Notes: a model not told the origin generated them from the sequence alone. Positions 1-22,295 are shown, counted from the stretch's first letter. The stretch is 64,000 nucleotides of DNA from the human T2T-CHM13v2.0 reference genome, Homo sapiens (GCF_009914755.1 NC_060926.1), one strand, 5' to 3'. Translations and numbers: made by a program.

Positions 1-99
1 TGCATGAGTTATCATCCAAAGCTTCAGATCTGCCACTCTCCGCCTTGTACCATCTGCTCCAACTAATGGAAAGTAACACAGTCCCCAGTCTTCTCACGC

Positions 100-420
100 C
101 TCTTGCCTTTGCACATCTACCCTCCCTTCTTGGCCAGCATCAACCAGGCCTTCAAGTCTGAGCTCAAGGATCACCACCCCAGGGAATCCTTATCTTAGGT
201 CCACTAGCATGGCTGAGCTTCTCCCTGATGTTCCTACAGCAGTCAGTGCTTATCTCTAGCAGTGCACATAGCACAACGTGTAGTGGTTGTAAATTCAGCC
301 GTCTGTCTCTCCAGCTAGGAAGCAAGTAGGGCTGTGTGTCTTTAAAAAAAACAAACAAAAAACACTATATTGCCTAATCATGGCACTTAATAGGTACCCA
401 GAAAATACGTTGCTTGACTA
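100..420 (+). mobile_element. L2 3' fragment
   Basis: gcctttgcacat...ggctgtgtgtc...atggcacttaataggtacccagaaaatacgttg resembles the L2 3' end. Confidence 0.55.
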
Positions 421-642
421 AATTAATGGTACAAAAAATTTAATCATTAGAGAGTTCAACTGTTTTATCAGTCTAATGGAATATTTAGGACAAAATGATA
501 TATTTGGTGTGTTGATTTTAACAATTAGAGATAATGCATTACTATCCTTACTTCATACCACACACAAAAATTAATGAGAATGAGTGTAGTACTAAATTTA
601 AAAGTGAAAACTTTAAGATTTTATTTTTTTAAGAGTATTTAA

Positions 643-1035
<393 letters not shown>

Positions 1036-1431
1036 TAGTAATCATGAAAGAAAATACTGATAAATTAGACTTCACCAAAATTTAAAACTTTAGTATAGTA
1101 AAAGACACCACTAAGAAAATAAATTGGCAAACCAAAAAACTAGAGGAAAATATTCACAACACATTTATCTGACAAAGGACTAGTATCCAGATTGTACAAA
1201 GAACTCCTGAAACTCAATAGCAAAAATAACCCATTTTTTAAAAAATAGGCTATGTGGACAAACATTTCACATAATAAATTATGTAAAAAGCCAATAAGCT
1301 AATGAAAATGATGATCAACTCTGTCATCAGAGAAATTAACACCACAATGAGACATTACTACACTTGAGACAGAATAACAAAAATTTGTAAAACCAATAAC
1401 ACCAAGTTTGTGAAGTAACTGAAACCGTATA

Positions 1432-2505
<1,074 letters not shown>

Positions 2506-2998
2506 TAAAAACATAAAAATATATTAAACCACTCCATGAAGATAAATGTGAAAATTTAGGTGAAATGGACAATTTCCCAGAAAAATGAATCAGACCAAAA
2601 TTTTCAGTTTTAGAATAACTGGAAAAACTGAACGGTCCTACAATCATGAAAAAAATTGAATCTACACTTTGACATCTATTCACCAAAAGATGCATACCGG
2701 GTCCAGATGATTTTACAGGCAAGTTCTATCATATACCAAGCATGAATAATTCCTATTTTATATAACACTGTCCCAAATAATTAAAAAAGCAGTCACCAAC
2801 TCATTTTAAAAAGTCAGTGAAAGGCCAGTCGCAGCAACTCACGCCTGTAATCCCAGCACTTTGGGAGGCCAAGGCGGGTGGATCATCTGAGGTCAGGAGT
2901 GCAAGACCAGCCTGGCCAACATGGTGAAAACCCATCTCTACTAAAAATACAAAAATGAGCCAGGCATGGTGGCACATGCCTGTAATCCCAGCTACTCA

Positions 2999-3154
<156 letters not shown>

Positions 3155-3743
3155 CTAGCGCTTTGGGAGGCCAAGGCAGGCAGACTGCTTGAGCCCAGGA
3201 GTTCAAGACCAGCCTGGACAACATGGCGAAACTCTTGTCTCTACAAAAAATACAAAAATTAGCCAGGCATGGTAGCATGCCCCTATAGTCCTAGCTACTG
3301 GGGAGCTGAGGTGGGAGGATCACCCGAGCCTGGAGAGATTGAGGCTGCAGTGAGCCATTATCATGCCACTGCACATCAGCCTGGGTGACAGAATGAGACC
3401 CTGTCTCAAAAAAAAAAAAAAAAGTTACTGAAATGTTGATACCAAACCCAGACAGACAGTACAAGAGAGAAAAACTGTAGGCCAATCTTACTTAGAAACA
3501 CAGATGCAAAAATTCTACATAAATTAGCAAATGTGATCCAAAAATGCATTTAAAAATAAAAATAAAAAGACAAGAATGCCGGCTGTCACCATTTCTCATC
3601 AGTACAACTCTAGAGGGTTTAGTCACTGCAGCAAGACAAAGGTATTATAAAGGTTGCAAAGACTGTCTTTATTTCCAGACAGTATCACTGTCTACATTAC
3701 AACAAAAATAGACCCTTTGAATTATTAGAATAAATGAAAAGTA

Positions 3744-3840
3744 CAGGTGCTCTTTGACATACAATGAAGTTAAATTCCAATAAACTCATCATAAAATCAA
3801 AAAATCTTAAATTGAACCATCATAAATTAGGGACAGTCTA
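3744..3840 (+). mobile_element. MER47C-like Tigger MITE (97 bp)
   Basis: TA-flanked caggtgctctttgacatacaatg...gaaccatcataaattagggacagtcta. Confidence 0.7.
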
Positions 3841-4592
3841 TACTGCTACAAGTAAGATGAAGGTACAAAATCAACTGTACAGCTATATCAGCAAAAGGCA
3901 GAAATTATAATTTTTAAAAAGGATATAATCAGCAATAGCAACACAAGTTATAAGGTACCTAGATATAAATCTAACAAAAGATATAAAATAATTTTTAGAT
4001 GAAAATCATAAAACTTTATTGAAAGACATTAAAGAATAGTGGAGTAAGTGGAATTATATACTATGTTCATGGATAATAAAACTAAATAATGTAAAAATGC
4101 CCACTCTCAGGCTGGGCGCAGTGTCTCACGCCTGTAATCTCAGCACTTTGGGAGGATGAGGCAAGTGGATCACGAAGTCAGGAGTTCAAGACCAACCTGG
4201 CCAAGATGGTGAAACCCCGTCTCTACTAAAAATACAAAAAAATTAGCTGGGCTTGGTGGCAGGCACCTGTAATCTCAACTACTCCAGAGGCTGAGGCAGA
4301 GAATTGCTTGAACCTGGGAGGCGGAGGTTTCAGTGAGTCGAGATCATGCCACTGCACTACAGCCTGGGCGACACAGCAAGACTCCGTCTCCAAAAAAAAA
4401 AAAAAAAAAAAAAAAAAATGCCAACTCCCTAAATCCATAAATTTAATGCAAAAAATTTTAGTGTAATGTGATCAAAATTCCCAAGAAGGGTTTTCATGGT
4501 AATTAATAAGCTGATTATATTATTTCAGTAATTAAGACAGTATAGTGTGAATGCTGGAATTAATAGGATGGCAGGCCGGGCGCAGTGGCTCA

Positions 4593-4943
<351 letters not shown>

Positions 4944-5224
4944 TTAGTGAAGTACATACTGGACTATTCTGTAGTGCTAAGGAAAGTGTTATCCACGTGA
5001 ATAAAATTAAATTCCTCACATAAATAATAATAGGTGGACTAAAGACTCAATTTGAAATGTAAAAGTTAAGTAAATTATTTATAAATATATTTAAAACTTT
5101 AAAGAAAATATAAAAGAATCTTTATGATCTTGGAGACGATATTGGATATTTTCTCAGACAAGTTAAAAATCACACTAATCATAAAGAAAAATTTGATAAA
5201 TTTGTCTGTTAAAATGTACAGCTT

Positions 5225-5752
<528 letters not shown>

Positions 5753-6590
5753 ATGTACAGATTCTATAAGCCCCAAAACACCATAAACAAAGTAAAAATA
5801 CCAGCCACAGTCAGAAAGATATTTGCAGTCAGGCATTGTAGCTCACGCCTGTACTCCAGACACTTCGAGGTCCGTACAGGAGGAATGCAGGAGTTCAAGA
5901 CCAGCCTGTGCAACATAGTAAGACCCTGTTTCTACAAATATTTTAAAATAAATAAATAAGACAAGATATTTGCAATACACAATCAGTACCTAGGATGTAT
6001 AATCAACCATTTAGAAAAAGAAAAGTCAGGATCAAGCACGGTGGCTCACAACTGTAATCCCAGCACTTTGGGAGGCTGAGGCAGGCAGATAGCTTGAGCC
6101 CAGGAGTTTGAAACTGGCCTGGGCAACACAGTGGGAACCTGTCTCTACAAAAAAGTACAAAAATTAGCCAGACGTGGTGGCATATGTCTGTAGTCCCAGG
6201 TACTCAGGAGGCTGACATGGGAGGCTGAGGCTGCAGTGAGCCATGGTCACATCACTGCACTCCAGCCTGGACAACAGAGCAAGACCTTGTCTCAAAAAAA
6301 AAGAAGTGGGGGGCCAGGTGGCGTGGCTCTCACACCTGTAATCCCAGCACTTTGGGAGGCAAAAGTGGAAGGATCACTTGAGGATCGAGACCAGCCTGGG
6401 CAACACAGTGAGATCCTAACTCTACAAAAAATGTTTAAATTAGCCAGGCGTGGTGGTAAATGCCTGTAGCACCAGCTACTTGGAAAGCTGAGGGTAGAGG
6501 ATCACTTGAGCCTAGGGCTTCAAGGCTGCAGTGAGCTATGATCGTGCCACTGAACTCCAGCCTGGGCAACAGAGTGAGACTGTCTCAAAA

Positions 6591-6592
<2 letters not shown>

Positions 6593-6640
<48 letters not shown>
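6593..6640. repeat. (GT)16(AT)8 compound microsatellite at an Alu tail
   Basis: Read directly. Confidence 0.95.
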
Positions 6641-8262
6641 TCACACAAAAATTTGGACACAAATGTTTATAGCAGTCATAATAATCAAAAAGTAAAAACA
6701 ATACAAATGTTCAACTGATGAATGGGTAAACAACATGTTGCATAACCATACAATAGATTATTATCCAATCATAAAAGGAATAAAATACCACATGGATGAA
6801 TCTTGATAATAAACTAAGTGAAAGCAGCCAGACACAAAAGGCTCCATGTTGTATAACTGTATTCATATGAAATGTCCAGAATAGGCAAATCCATGGAGAT
6901 AGATAGCAGATGGTTGTCAGGGTATGCGAGGAGGGGGAACAGGGTGTGACTACCTAACAAGTAGGTTTCTTTTTGGGGTGATGAAAATGTTCTGGAATAG
7001 TGATGATAGTTGTACAATGTAGTGCGTATCATAAAAACCACCAAATTGTATACTTGAAATGGTAAATTTTGTTACATGGATTATATCTCAATTTTTAAAA
7101 AAGGAATGAGCAATACAAACAACATGCAGATAAATGTTTTTAAACATTATGCTCATCAAAAGAAGCCAGACATGAGGCTGGGTACAGTGGCTCATGCCTG
7201 TAATCCCAGCACTTTGGGAGGCAGAGGCAGGAGAACTGCTCTAGCCCAGGAGGTTGAGGCTGTAGTGAGCCATGACTGCACCACTGCACTCCAGCCTAAG
7301 TGACACAGCGAGACCCTGTATCTCAAAAAAAAAAAAAAAAAAGAAAGAAAAAAGAAAAAAAGCAAAATATATTTCATATCTACCAGATTAGCAAAGTGTT
7401 AAAGTCTGACAACATGTAGAAATGGCAAGGATATTGAACAACAGGACTTCTATTCACTACTGTTAAGAATATAAATCAGTAGAACTACTCTGGAGAGCTA
7501 TTTAGCAACATCGAGGAGAGATGTGCATACTTTTCAATACAGCAACTCCAATCCTAGGTAGATGCATTAAAGAAGGTCTCCTACATGTGCACTGAGACAT
7601 GAACAAAACTATTCATTGCAGCACTACAGTAATAGCAAAATTTCTGTGAACAAAAGAACAAATAAATCAATTCCTACTACATTACAGTTAAAATGCAAGG
7701 GCTACAGCCATAGAAATCAAACGTGACATGAAGTTGAACTAAAAAGGCAAGCTCTGGACTCCATTGATTATACCATTATAAAAACAGTGTATGCAAAACA
7801 ATGCTATATTTCGTGTACATAATCATATATTAAATGTATTTTTAAGTACATGGGAATAACATCAAAGTCAGGAGAGTGCCACTTTCTGTGGAAAATGAAG
7901 GGATTTCAATGGGAAAGAGGCACTCAGTAAACTTCGACTGCATTTTTTTTTTTTTTGAGACAAGGACTCACGCTGTTACCCAGGCTGGAGTGCACTGGCA
8001 CGATCTCGGCTCACTGCAACCTCTCTCTCCTGGGTTCCAGCGATTCTCCACCTCAGCCTCCCCAGTAGCTGGGACTACAGGCATATGCCAACATACCCGG
8101 CTAATTTTTGTATTTTTTGGTAAAGACAGGGTTTCACCACGTTGCACAGGCTGGTCTCAAACTATTGGCCTCAGGTGATATACCCGCCTCGGCCTCCCAA
8201 AGTGCTGGGATTACAGGCTCAACGATATATCTATAGATCTATACATATATCGATATATCTAG

Positions 8263-8514
<252 letters not shown>

Positions 8515-8741
8515 TAGTAGAGACGGGGTTTCACCGTGTTAGCCCAGATGGTCTCCATCTCCTGACCTCATGATCCACCTGCCTCGGCCTCCCAAAGTGC
8601 TGAGATTACAGGTGTGAGCCACCGCGTCCGGCCCTCAACAATATTTTTAATGTTTTATTTCTTTAATTGGGTAGTGGGTAAACAGGTATTAATTGTGTTA
8701 TCATCTATTGTTTTTTATATGCCTGAAAGACTTTATAATGA

Positions 8742-9024
<283 letters not shown>

Positions 9025-9598
9025 TGATCTGCCTGCCTCAGCCTCCCAAAGTGCTGGGATTACAGGAGTAAGCCACCATAGCTGGCTGTAAAGCATGTGT
9101 TTCTTTTATTTCACAGATTGATTTGTTCTGCTTCTTAGGTTTTTGATAGATGTAGTCAAGAAAAACACATTTTGATTGGCATAAGGAATTCGGTTTTTAA
9201 ATGCTTAAATTTTGCTTTATTTTCAACACTTATATTAGAAAAAAAAAATCTTCAAAGCATTTGCTGTAATGACTTAGCACCAACATTTAAATAAATTATT
9301 CAGGTTAGGCCAGGCGCGGTGGCTCACGCCTGTAATCCCACCACTTTGGGAAGCAGAGGCAGCTGGATCACTTGAGGCCAGGAGTTCGAGACCAGCCTGG
9401 CCAACATGGTGAAACCCCGTCTCTACTAAAAATACAAAAATTAGCTGGGTGTGGTGGTACACACCTGCAGTCCCAGCTACTTGGGAGGCTGAGGCAGGAG
9501 AATCGCTTGAACCCAGGAGGCAGAGGTTGCAGTGAGCCGAGATCACCCCTTGCTGACCATCCTTATCTTCTGACTCTTGGTGATGCTATTTTGACTTA

Positions 9599-9985
<387 letters not shown>

Positions 9986-11343
9986 TTAAAAACGGTTATG
10001 AATCTAAATATTATGTTTTGATATACCTACCAACTCTCATTTTAAAAAATATATACTAATCTTTAACAGAAAATTTACATTGCTACTTCTTCTCATATAT
10101 TTCTATTCTGCTTCTCCCACTTAATTTTGCCCTGATATATTTTTTAAACATTTGTCAAATTTTATCAAATCTTACACTTAAGTTTTATGCACTACATTGT
10201 AATTTTCACTTAAAATTTTTGTTGTAAAACAAAAAGAAAATTACATATGGACAAATTAAAGAGAACACATAAAGGGGAATTCTTTTGTTCTGATGAATCC
10301 TTTGAAAGCAATAGGTTTGGGAGGAGCCAGCCTGCCTTACTCCAGTGGCAGCTGACCCAATGTACACGACTTCTGCAAACTAATCATAATTAGACCAGGC
10401 TACACAAGGGCAAGGAAGCTACCTTATTTCCTGTCTTCTCATCATTGTGTCCTTAGCACACAGTACACAGGTGTTCAGTATATTTGCTGAACAAACTTCT
10501 ATAACAAAGGTTTAAAAGGACCTACTGTAATATATTTTGATACTTGAAATTTTGTAAACACCCATTACCTTTCTCTGCAACAACAAAAAATAGGCTTACA
10601 ATTTAACTGTTTAAAATTTCCTGTGCTACTGGGTGCAGTGTAGTCCCAGCTACTTGAGAGGCTGAGGCAGGAGGATAGCCTGAGCCAGGAATTTGGTGCT
10701 TCAGTGAGTTATGATCACACCACTGTACTCCAGCCTGAGTGACAGAACAAGCCTCTGTCTCTTTTTTTTTTTTTTTTTTTTGAGATAGAGTCTCGCTCTG
10801 TCGCCCAGGCTGGAGGAGTACAGTGGTGCGATCTTGGCTCACTGCAACCTCTTTCTCCCAGGTTCAAGTGATTCTCGTGCCTCAGCCTCCCGGATAGCTG
10901 GGATAAGAGGTGCACATCATTACACCTGGCTAATTCTTTTATTTTTTTGTAGACACGGGATTTCGCCATGTTGGCCAAGCTGGTCTCGAACTCCTGGCCT
11001 CAACTGATCTGCCCACCTCAGCCTCCCAAAGTTCTGTGATTACAGGCATGAGCTGCTGCGCCCGGTCTGAGACTCTGTCTCTTTAAAAAAAAAAAAAAAA
11101 AAATTCCTGTGACTGTAAATTGTGTCAAATTTTTTCATCAAGTTACCACTCCAAGTATTAATAGGATGCAATTGATCAAAACATGAATATTACAAAATTC
11201 AGTATAAAATTAATAAAATCGGGCCAAGCACAGTGGCTCAGCCTGTAATCCCAGCACTTAAGGAAGCCAAGGTGGGTGGATCACCTGAAGTCAGGAGTTT
11301 CTGAGACTAGCCTGACCAACATGGTGAAACCCCGTATCTACTA

Positions 11344-11529
<186 letters not shown>

Positions 11530-11605
11530 TTAAAATTCTATTGAAACTTTTTAAATAAAGTAAGTACAGTTTTTTAAAATTTTTTCAATTATTCATGTCT
11601 CTTTA

Positions 11606-11797
<192 letters not shown>

Positions 11798-11918
11798 TCA
11801 GCTACTTGAGAGGCTGAAGTGGGAGGATTGCCTGAGCCCAGGAGGTTAAGGCTGCAGTGGGCTGAGATCATGCCACTGTAATCCAGCCTGGACAACAGAG
11901 TGAGATCCTTCTCAATAA

Positions 11919-12231
<313 letters not shown>

Positions 12232-12404
12232 TAAAACATTTGTAAAAAGCAAAGAACTGATAATCATATAACTTTGCAAAAGAATTTGTTGCCCATGATT
12301 AGAGTCATTCACTTTCTCACTTCTTCAAAAGTACTGCTTAAGGCCGGGCGTGGTGGCTCACACCTGTAATCCCAGCACTTTGGGAGGCTGAGACGGCGAG
12401 ATCA

Positions 12405-12659
<255 letters not shown>

Positions 12660-12752
12660 TTAAAAAAAAATACTTAGATCAAAAGGTTTCCAGTGACTGC
12701 TAAATACACTAGTTACTCTTATGCTTAAAGGCAGAAAGGGACGATACATTAA

Positions 12753-13394
<642 letters not shown>

Positions 13395-13560
13395 TTAGTA
13401 AGGTTCTGGATGAGTGAGAGGAGTGTTTTTCGTTTGTAAAGTGGGAGTTGGAATTGTGAAAGGAGAGCCTGGAGCCTTTACCACAGGCACGTTCTCAGGC
13501 CTACTTGTTATAGGTGTCCACATTGAAGTTGAGGACTTGGAAACTGGTTGCCTTTAAAAC

Positions 13561-13811
<251 letters not shown>

Positions 13812-14339
13812 TAGTGCACGTCACCATGCCTAGCTAATTTTCTTAATTTGTAGAGAAGAGGTCTCATGATATTGCCCAGGCTGGTCTTGAACTCCTGGGC
13901 TCAAGTGATCCTCCCACCTAGGCCTCCCAAAGTGCTAGGATTACAGGTCTGAGTCACCACACCTGGCCTGTCAAAGACATTCTTAGGTAAAGCTTAAAAA
14001 AAAAAAATTGAGTACATGGTAGTGGAGGATATAAAAACTAACACAGTTTGGTGTCACTCAAATGACATAACCTCAGAAGCCCTTCTGGGACACCCCAGGC
14101 TGTGTTAGTTCTGTCCCCCACCTGCACTGCCTTCCACAGCGGCACCATCTCACCTTCTCTCATAGATGGCTCTATGGCTACTTGAGGGCAAGGGTCCCGT
14201 CTTGGTTATGCCTCAAGAGTTACTGGGTAATATTAACACATATAACTCACTTCCTTTCTTAAAGTGTGCATCCCAGTTTATTTCATATAAAATCATAAAC
14301 TTTTAATACATTACTAAAACAGCTGTCCCTGATTTAATA

Positions 14340-14563
14340 CAGGTTGAGTATCTCTTCTAATATGGTTGGGACTAGAAGTATTTCAGAGTTTGAATTTTTT
14401 TTTTTTTTTTGGATTTTGGAGTATTTGCATAATACCACTTGAGTATCCCAAATTCGAAATCCAAAATACTCCAATGAGCATTTCCTTTGAGCATCATGTC
14501 AGCACTAAAAAAGTTTCAGATTTTGGCACGTTTTGGATTTTCAGATTTGGGACGCTCAATCTG
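14340..14563. mobile_element. Tigger4a/MER46-type MITE
   Basis: TIRs CAGGTTGAGTATC...GACGCTCAATCTG with TA on both sides. Confidence 0.85.
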
Positions 14564-14822
14564 TAGCACCTATCTCCTGAATCCCAGTTTTGATCACACA
14601 TTGCCTCCCCAGCCACCAGATTTACGAAGTCAGACTCAAGAATAGCTAAACTTTCTTTCTCTAGGATAGATACAAAGAATAAAGCACTTACTAGAACCCA
14701 GAAGTAACTTGCCATCTCACAATCAGCTCCAAGTAGTGAATCCTGGTATTTTCCAAGGTGGAGCTCAAGCATGAATATCGTCATATAAAAGTGGAATAGC
14801 CAGGCTTAGTCACTCACACCTA

Positions 14823-15298
<476 letters not shown>

Positions 15299-15851
15299 TT
15301 AGCCAGGCGTGTTGGTACATGTCTGTAACCCCACCTACTCAGGAGGCTGAGGCACAAGAATTGCTTGAACCCAGGAGGTGGAGGTTGCAGTGAGCTGAGA
15401 TTGCATGCACCATTGCACTCCAGCCTGGGTGACAGAGCAAGACTCTGTCTCAAATTAGAAAACAAAAACAAACAAACAAAAACACACACAGATAGTACTT
15501 AACTTCTAAATACTTGATATCCCACACCAACCATAAAAGCCCCTGTTCTACCAGAACTATCATGATTCAATAAGTTCTAATTATTGTTTAGTACTTTGGG
15601 GAAATAGAACACTCTGTAAGTCAGGGTGGTCCTCAGTTGGATCCAAGGGCGCTTAGCATGGCTGGTTAGAAGACTAGATAATCAGGCATCACTTCCTGAT
15701 CCTGGAAGCCACCAAATATCACAGGTACTCTCATTATCCCCATCTTACAGACAAGCAAACTCAGCCTTAGGGAAAGAACGTGCCTGAGGTCCTGTAGCTA
15801 GACACTGGTAAAGTGTTAAGTCCAGGCCTGGGTGGCACCACCATTCTAAAT

Positions 15852-16606
<755 letters not shown>

Positions 16607-16859
16607 CTCCAGACTCCCATTGGTCCTGCAACAAAGTGTGTGGGGGATGAGTAGAGACCCTTGTCATACCATGAGGCCAGAGGCTCACTTGGCTGATTAT
16701 AAGAATATCTTTACCCAGAAAAAGGGAAACCCTGACACCACAGCCTGGATCAACAGGACCTTTAGCTGCCTGAACCCAGGACTCAAGGAAGTCCTTGACC
16801 ATCCAGGAGAAACCAAATACCAGTACCAAAGGCTTCTGTGAGCTAGCCAAGAAACCCAC

Positions 16860-17685
16860 CCTGCATCTCTTACTGAGGTTCTAACTGGCTTCACTGGCTC
16901 CACCCTTGCAGGACCCTGGAGTCTATACTCCACATGCAGACCAAAGCGACCTTTTAAAATTAAGCCAAATTCTCTATTCTCCTCAAAACCCACATTCAGA
17001 TATAAATCCAAAATCCTTAACAAATGGTAAAAAGAAAACAATCAAACCTAAATCCTTTTAGTTGGTGCATCTATAAGGCGCTTCCTGGGCTACACGTCCC
17101 CTGCCTTCCCCCGCATTCCCCACCACTCTCACCTCTCTCGGTTTCCTTCCTGTTGCTCCAATTGACCAAAGACATATCCGCCTCAGGGATTGGTTTGTGC
17201 TTCCTCTTCTCTATGCTTAAAACTCTTTCACCCAGCTATCTTCCCAGGTGCCTCCTGCATCCCTCCAGGACCCTATTCAGGCATCACCTATCACAGAGGC
17301 CTGTACTAATCATGGCGCACACTTACACTCTGCACACCCCTTATTCTGACTTATTACTTCATAACACTTATCGCCCTCTGGGTTTTTCTTGTTGTTGTTT
17401 TTCTCTAATCCCATGAAAGATAACTTACATTGTGTTTTTTCTTTTGAGATGGGATCTCACTATGTTGCCCAGGCTGGCTTCAAACTCCTGGGCTCAAACA
17501 AACTGCCTGCCTCAGCCTCCCAAACAGCTGGGACTACAGTGTTATGTATTTATTTAATAGAATAGGTGGTCATTGAAAGCAAGGACTTTGTTTTATTCAC
17601 TGCTATATCCCCAACACCTAAAACAGTCCTAAATACATAGTCGGTGCTCAATAAATGTTTGTTGAATTTAACGAATACATGAATG
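16860..17685 (+). mobile_element. L2a 3' portion
   Basis: ttcactgctatatccccaacaccta...ggtgctcaataaatgtttgttgaat...gaatg terminal repeat. Confidence 0.8.
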
Positions 17686-17959
17686 GGGAGCCATAAAACC
17701 AACTTGCAATTGATTTTTAAAAATATAACCTACAGATCGGGCATAGTGGCTCATGCCTATAATCCCAACACTTTGGGAGGCCAAGGCAGGAGAATTGCTT
17801 GAGGCCAGAAGTTCAAGACCAGAATGGAAACACAGAGAGACTCTGTCTCTACAAAAAATTTAAAAATTAGCCAGGCAGTAGGCCAGACGCAGTGGCTCAC
17901 ACCTGTAATCCCAGCACTTTGGGAGGCCAAGGTGGGTGGATCACAAGGTCAGGAGTTCA

Positions 17960-18587
<628 letters not shown>

Positions 18588-18914
18588 CTATTTTTTTAAT
18601 TACGTTGTTTCCAGATGTTTGCTATTAAATGTGCTATTAAATGTGTTATTAATATAGGATCCTATTCATTACTAACTGCATATGATGATGGTTATCATCA
18701 ATAAAGAATAGTTCTGACTTGCATATTTTAGACGGAAATTTAGCAGTATCTATCAAAAAATGTTTAAAGCACAATCCTTTTAACTCAGCTATTTTCCACT
18801 TTGGAATTTAGCCTAAATATATACTCACACCAATTTGCAAGGATATGTGGAAATGATCGTGCTCTGCGCCACTGTTTGCACTTTTGAAAAACTAGTATCA
18901 AACTAAGCATTTCT

Positions 18915-19120
18915 CAGCAGAGTAGAGTGGGAGCATGGGAATCAGAGCCCAGGGCGCCACTGACCCACTGTGTGAGTCTGGACATATTGGATAAAGTACC
19001 TAAATCTCAGGCATAAAACTGGGTAACAGCACTACTTCATAGGACTGTAATGAGACTTAGACGACAAAACACATGTCAGTATTCAATAAATATTAACTGT
19101 TACAATCATTACTATTATCA
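18915..19120 (+). mobile_element. MIR
   Basis: ccactgacccactgtgtgagtctggaca...taaaactgggtaacagcactacttcataggactgtaatgag core. Confidence 0.7.
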
Positions 19121-19604
19121 TCAGATGAGACATTTATTAAATGAATTATGGCACATCCATGCAGTGGAATGCTATACAAATATTTAAAGAATGGGGGAGA
19201 TTTATAAGAACTAATATGAAAAGAGTTTCTTTTCTTTCTTTCTTTTCGAGACAGGGTCTTGCTCTGTCACCCAAGCTGGAGTGCAGTGCCACAATCACGG
19301 CTCATTGCAGCCTCTAACTTCTAGGTTCAAGTGATCCTCCTACCTCAGACTCCTGAGTACCTGGGATTACAGGAGCACGTCACCACACCCGGCTAAATTT
19401 TGTAGAGACGGGATTTCGCCATGTTGCCCAGGCTGGTCTCGAACTCCTGAGCTCAAGCGATCCTCTCGCCTCAGGCCTCCTAAAGTGCTAGGACTACAGG
19501 CCTAAGCCCCTGCTCCTGGCATGAAAAGAGTTTCAAAATGTATCATTAAGTAAAAAAGGCCAATTGCTGAACAAGATCATAGAACAATCCCAATTATGTA
19601 TTTA

Positions 19605-20090
<486 letters not shown>

Positions 20091-21739
20091 TTAACTTTTC
20101 ACATTTTAACACTTTTTTTCCGATGAAGAAAGTTCTAATTTTACAAATATAAAAAGAATAATGTTGAAAATAACTTGCTTACCAAAAGGTAGGGAAAAAA
20201 GAAGCACTCTGGTTACAGAAAGGGCATTGACAAAAGAAAGTTTCCACTGAATTCTAAAATTGGCAGCAGCCTGTACACATTAAAAGAAACAGTCTACTGT
20301 GAAAGAACAGAATTTAACTGAGGTTCTGGGTTATGTACAATCCTATCAGAGATCTAGTAATTACTGACTTCTGAAAATATCCACCTTATCTGCACAGTAA
20401 AAGCACTAAGACTTTCATCTTCAGTTTCAAATACTGCTTTTTATTTTTAAAGTACTTAAAACCTATTGGATTTATGCAGTATTGAACTGAAAGGCAATCG
20501 AAATAATATAATTGAAATTTAAATTTCCATCACCTGGTGTTTCATTTTGATCATTTAATTTTTTTAATTGAGGATTAAAATAACACAAGAAATTTTAACA
20601 TTTTAAAAATCTCAAATTCTCACCACCACAACACAAAGCAATACCAATTAAAGATCAAAATTCCAACATGAAGCAACTTTTAGAAAAAAATTTCTAAAGA
20701 GCAGATCAAAATTATAGCAAGACTTTGCCTGCTAAAGAGATTTAAAACTCAAACAAGAACACTTAAGCTGAGATTGACTAAGGGGACAAAGTCTATAGGC
20801 AAAAGGGACCAAAAAACAAAAGGGGACACTACTTTATGTCTGACCTTTCAGAAGTCACAACTTCTCAAATGCTGCCAGCAAAGAGCATTTTTTTTTTTTA
20901 AGACGGAGTCTCACTCTGTCACCCAGGCTGGAGTGCAGTAGTGTTATCTCGGCTCACCGCAAGCTCTGCCTCCTGGGTTCACGCCATTCTCCCACCTCAG
21001 CCTCCCGAGTAGCTCGGACTACAGGCGCCCGCCACCATGCCTAGCTAATTTTGTTTTTGTATTTTTAGCAGAGACGGGGTCTCACCGTGTTAGCCAGGAT
21101 GGTCTCGATCTCCTGACCTCGTGATCCACCCGCCTCGGCCTCCCAAAGTGCTGGGATTACAGGCATGAGCCACCGTGCCCGGCAAATGCTTAGTCATTTT
21201 AAAAAACAACTTGTCTATATGTTAAAATGAGAAACAGAACATTAATCTCCTTGGAAGTGTCAGAATAATACTCAGATGTTACTAGAAGGCAAACTGCCTG
21301 AAAAATCTAGTTTATCTTAATAATCAGATAAAACATTAAGAACATCACCATTCTAAGATTAATTCATTACTAGAACTGTTTATCAAGGGAGATTGTGAAT
21401 GTGCTCACTATTATCTTTAACAGGTGAGACAGTCCTCTCAATGAGGACTAAACTCAGTTGTAAAGTAAGGAAAGACATCTATGATCCTTCTCCCACCAAC
21501 ATGCTGGAGATCCCTCTTCCAGAGTCTGCTCCCCACAATATCCCCAAATGGGAAGCAGATCCTGTAGAAAAAGAACTGGATTCAGGCTTACTGTGTGTGA
21601 GCCAAAGTAGTCAAGCGAGAGGGTCCCCAGTGCCTGTGGGCCCTAGCACAGCTTCACACAATAAATATCTCATACACTCTCCTAGTCCTGGTAGGTGAGC
21701 TGTCATTAATGACATAATAACACCCACATAATTCACCTG

Positions 21740-22295
21740 AATCCAGTCACGTCTCACCGTCTCCACTGCTATTCCCTAAGATCAAGGTCCATATGCTCTC
21801 AGCTGCCAGGTCTCTCCACATCTGCTGTTGACCCTCCCTTCATTCTCTACCCAGTGGTGTTTTTAAAACACATATCATAGCTTTCATCTGCTTAAAACCT
21901 TCCAAAGACCTCCCTGTCACATTTGGAAGAAAATCCAAACTCCTTCCCATGGCACACAGGCCCTGCCTGATAGGTCCCATTGCCCTCCAACCTCATCTAC
22001 CCTTGGACAAAACTATAGCCCACATGGGCCTTCCTTCTGTCCTGTAGACAAGCCCAGCCCATTGCCATCTCAGTGGCATCTTTGCATTAGCTGCTCCCTC
22101 TACCCAGAACACTCTTCTCACTCAACTCACGTCACCTTTCACAATCTGAAATGATTTGCTTACTGTGCTGTCTGCTTCTATCACCACTAACTGCCCAGCT
22201 CCATGACAGCAGGAACCCTTTGTAGGAACCTCTGTGCCCATACTGTCTGGCACAGCGCCTGGCACAATCACAGGAGCTCAAGAGTTGATGAATGG
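21740..22295 (+). mobile_element. L2 fragment
   Basis: ctgcttaaaaccttccaa...aaatccaaactcctt...gcacagcgcctggcaca...ggagctcaa. Confidence 0.75.

Noticed and set aside
21410-21700. Plus-strand cag|GTGAGA and tag|GTGAGC splice-like sites with a 99-aa ORF
   Set aside because: Antisense to KCNG3, weak pyrimidine tract, no recognisable product; such motifs are common by chance.
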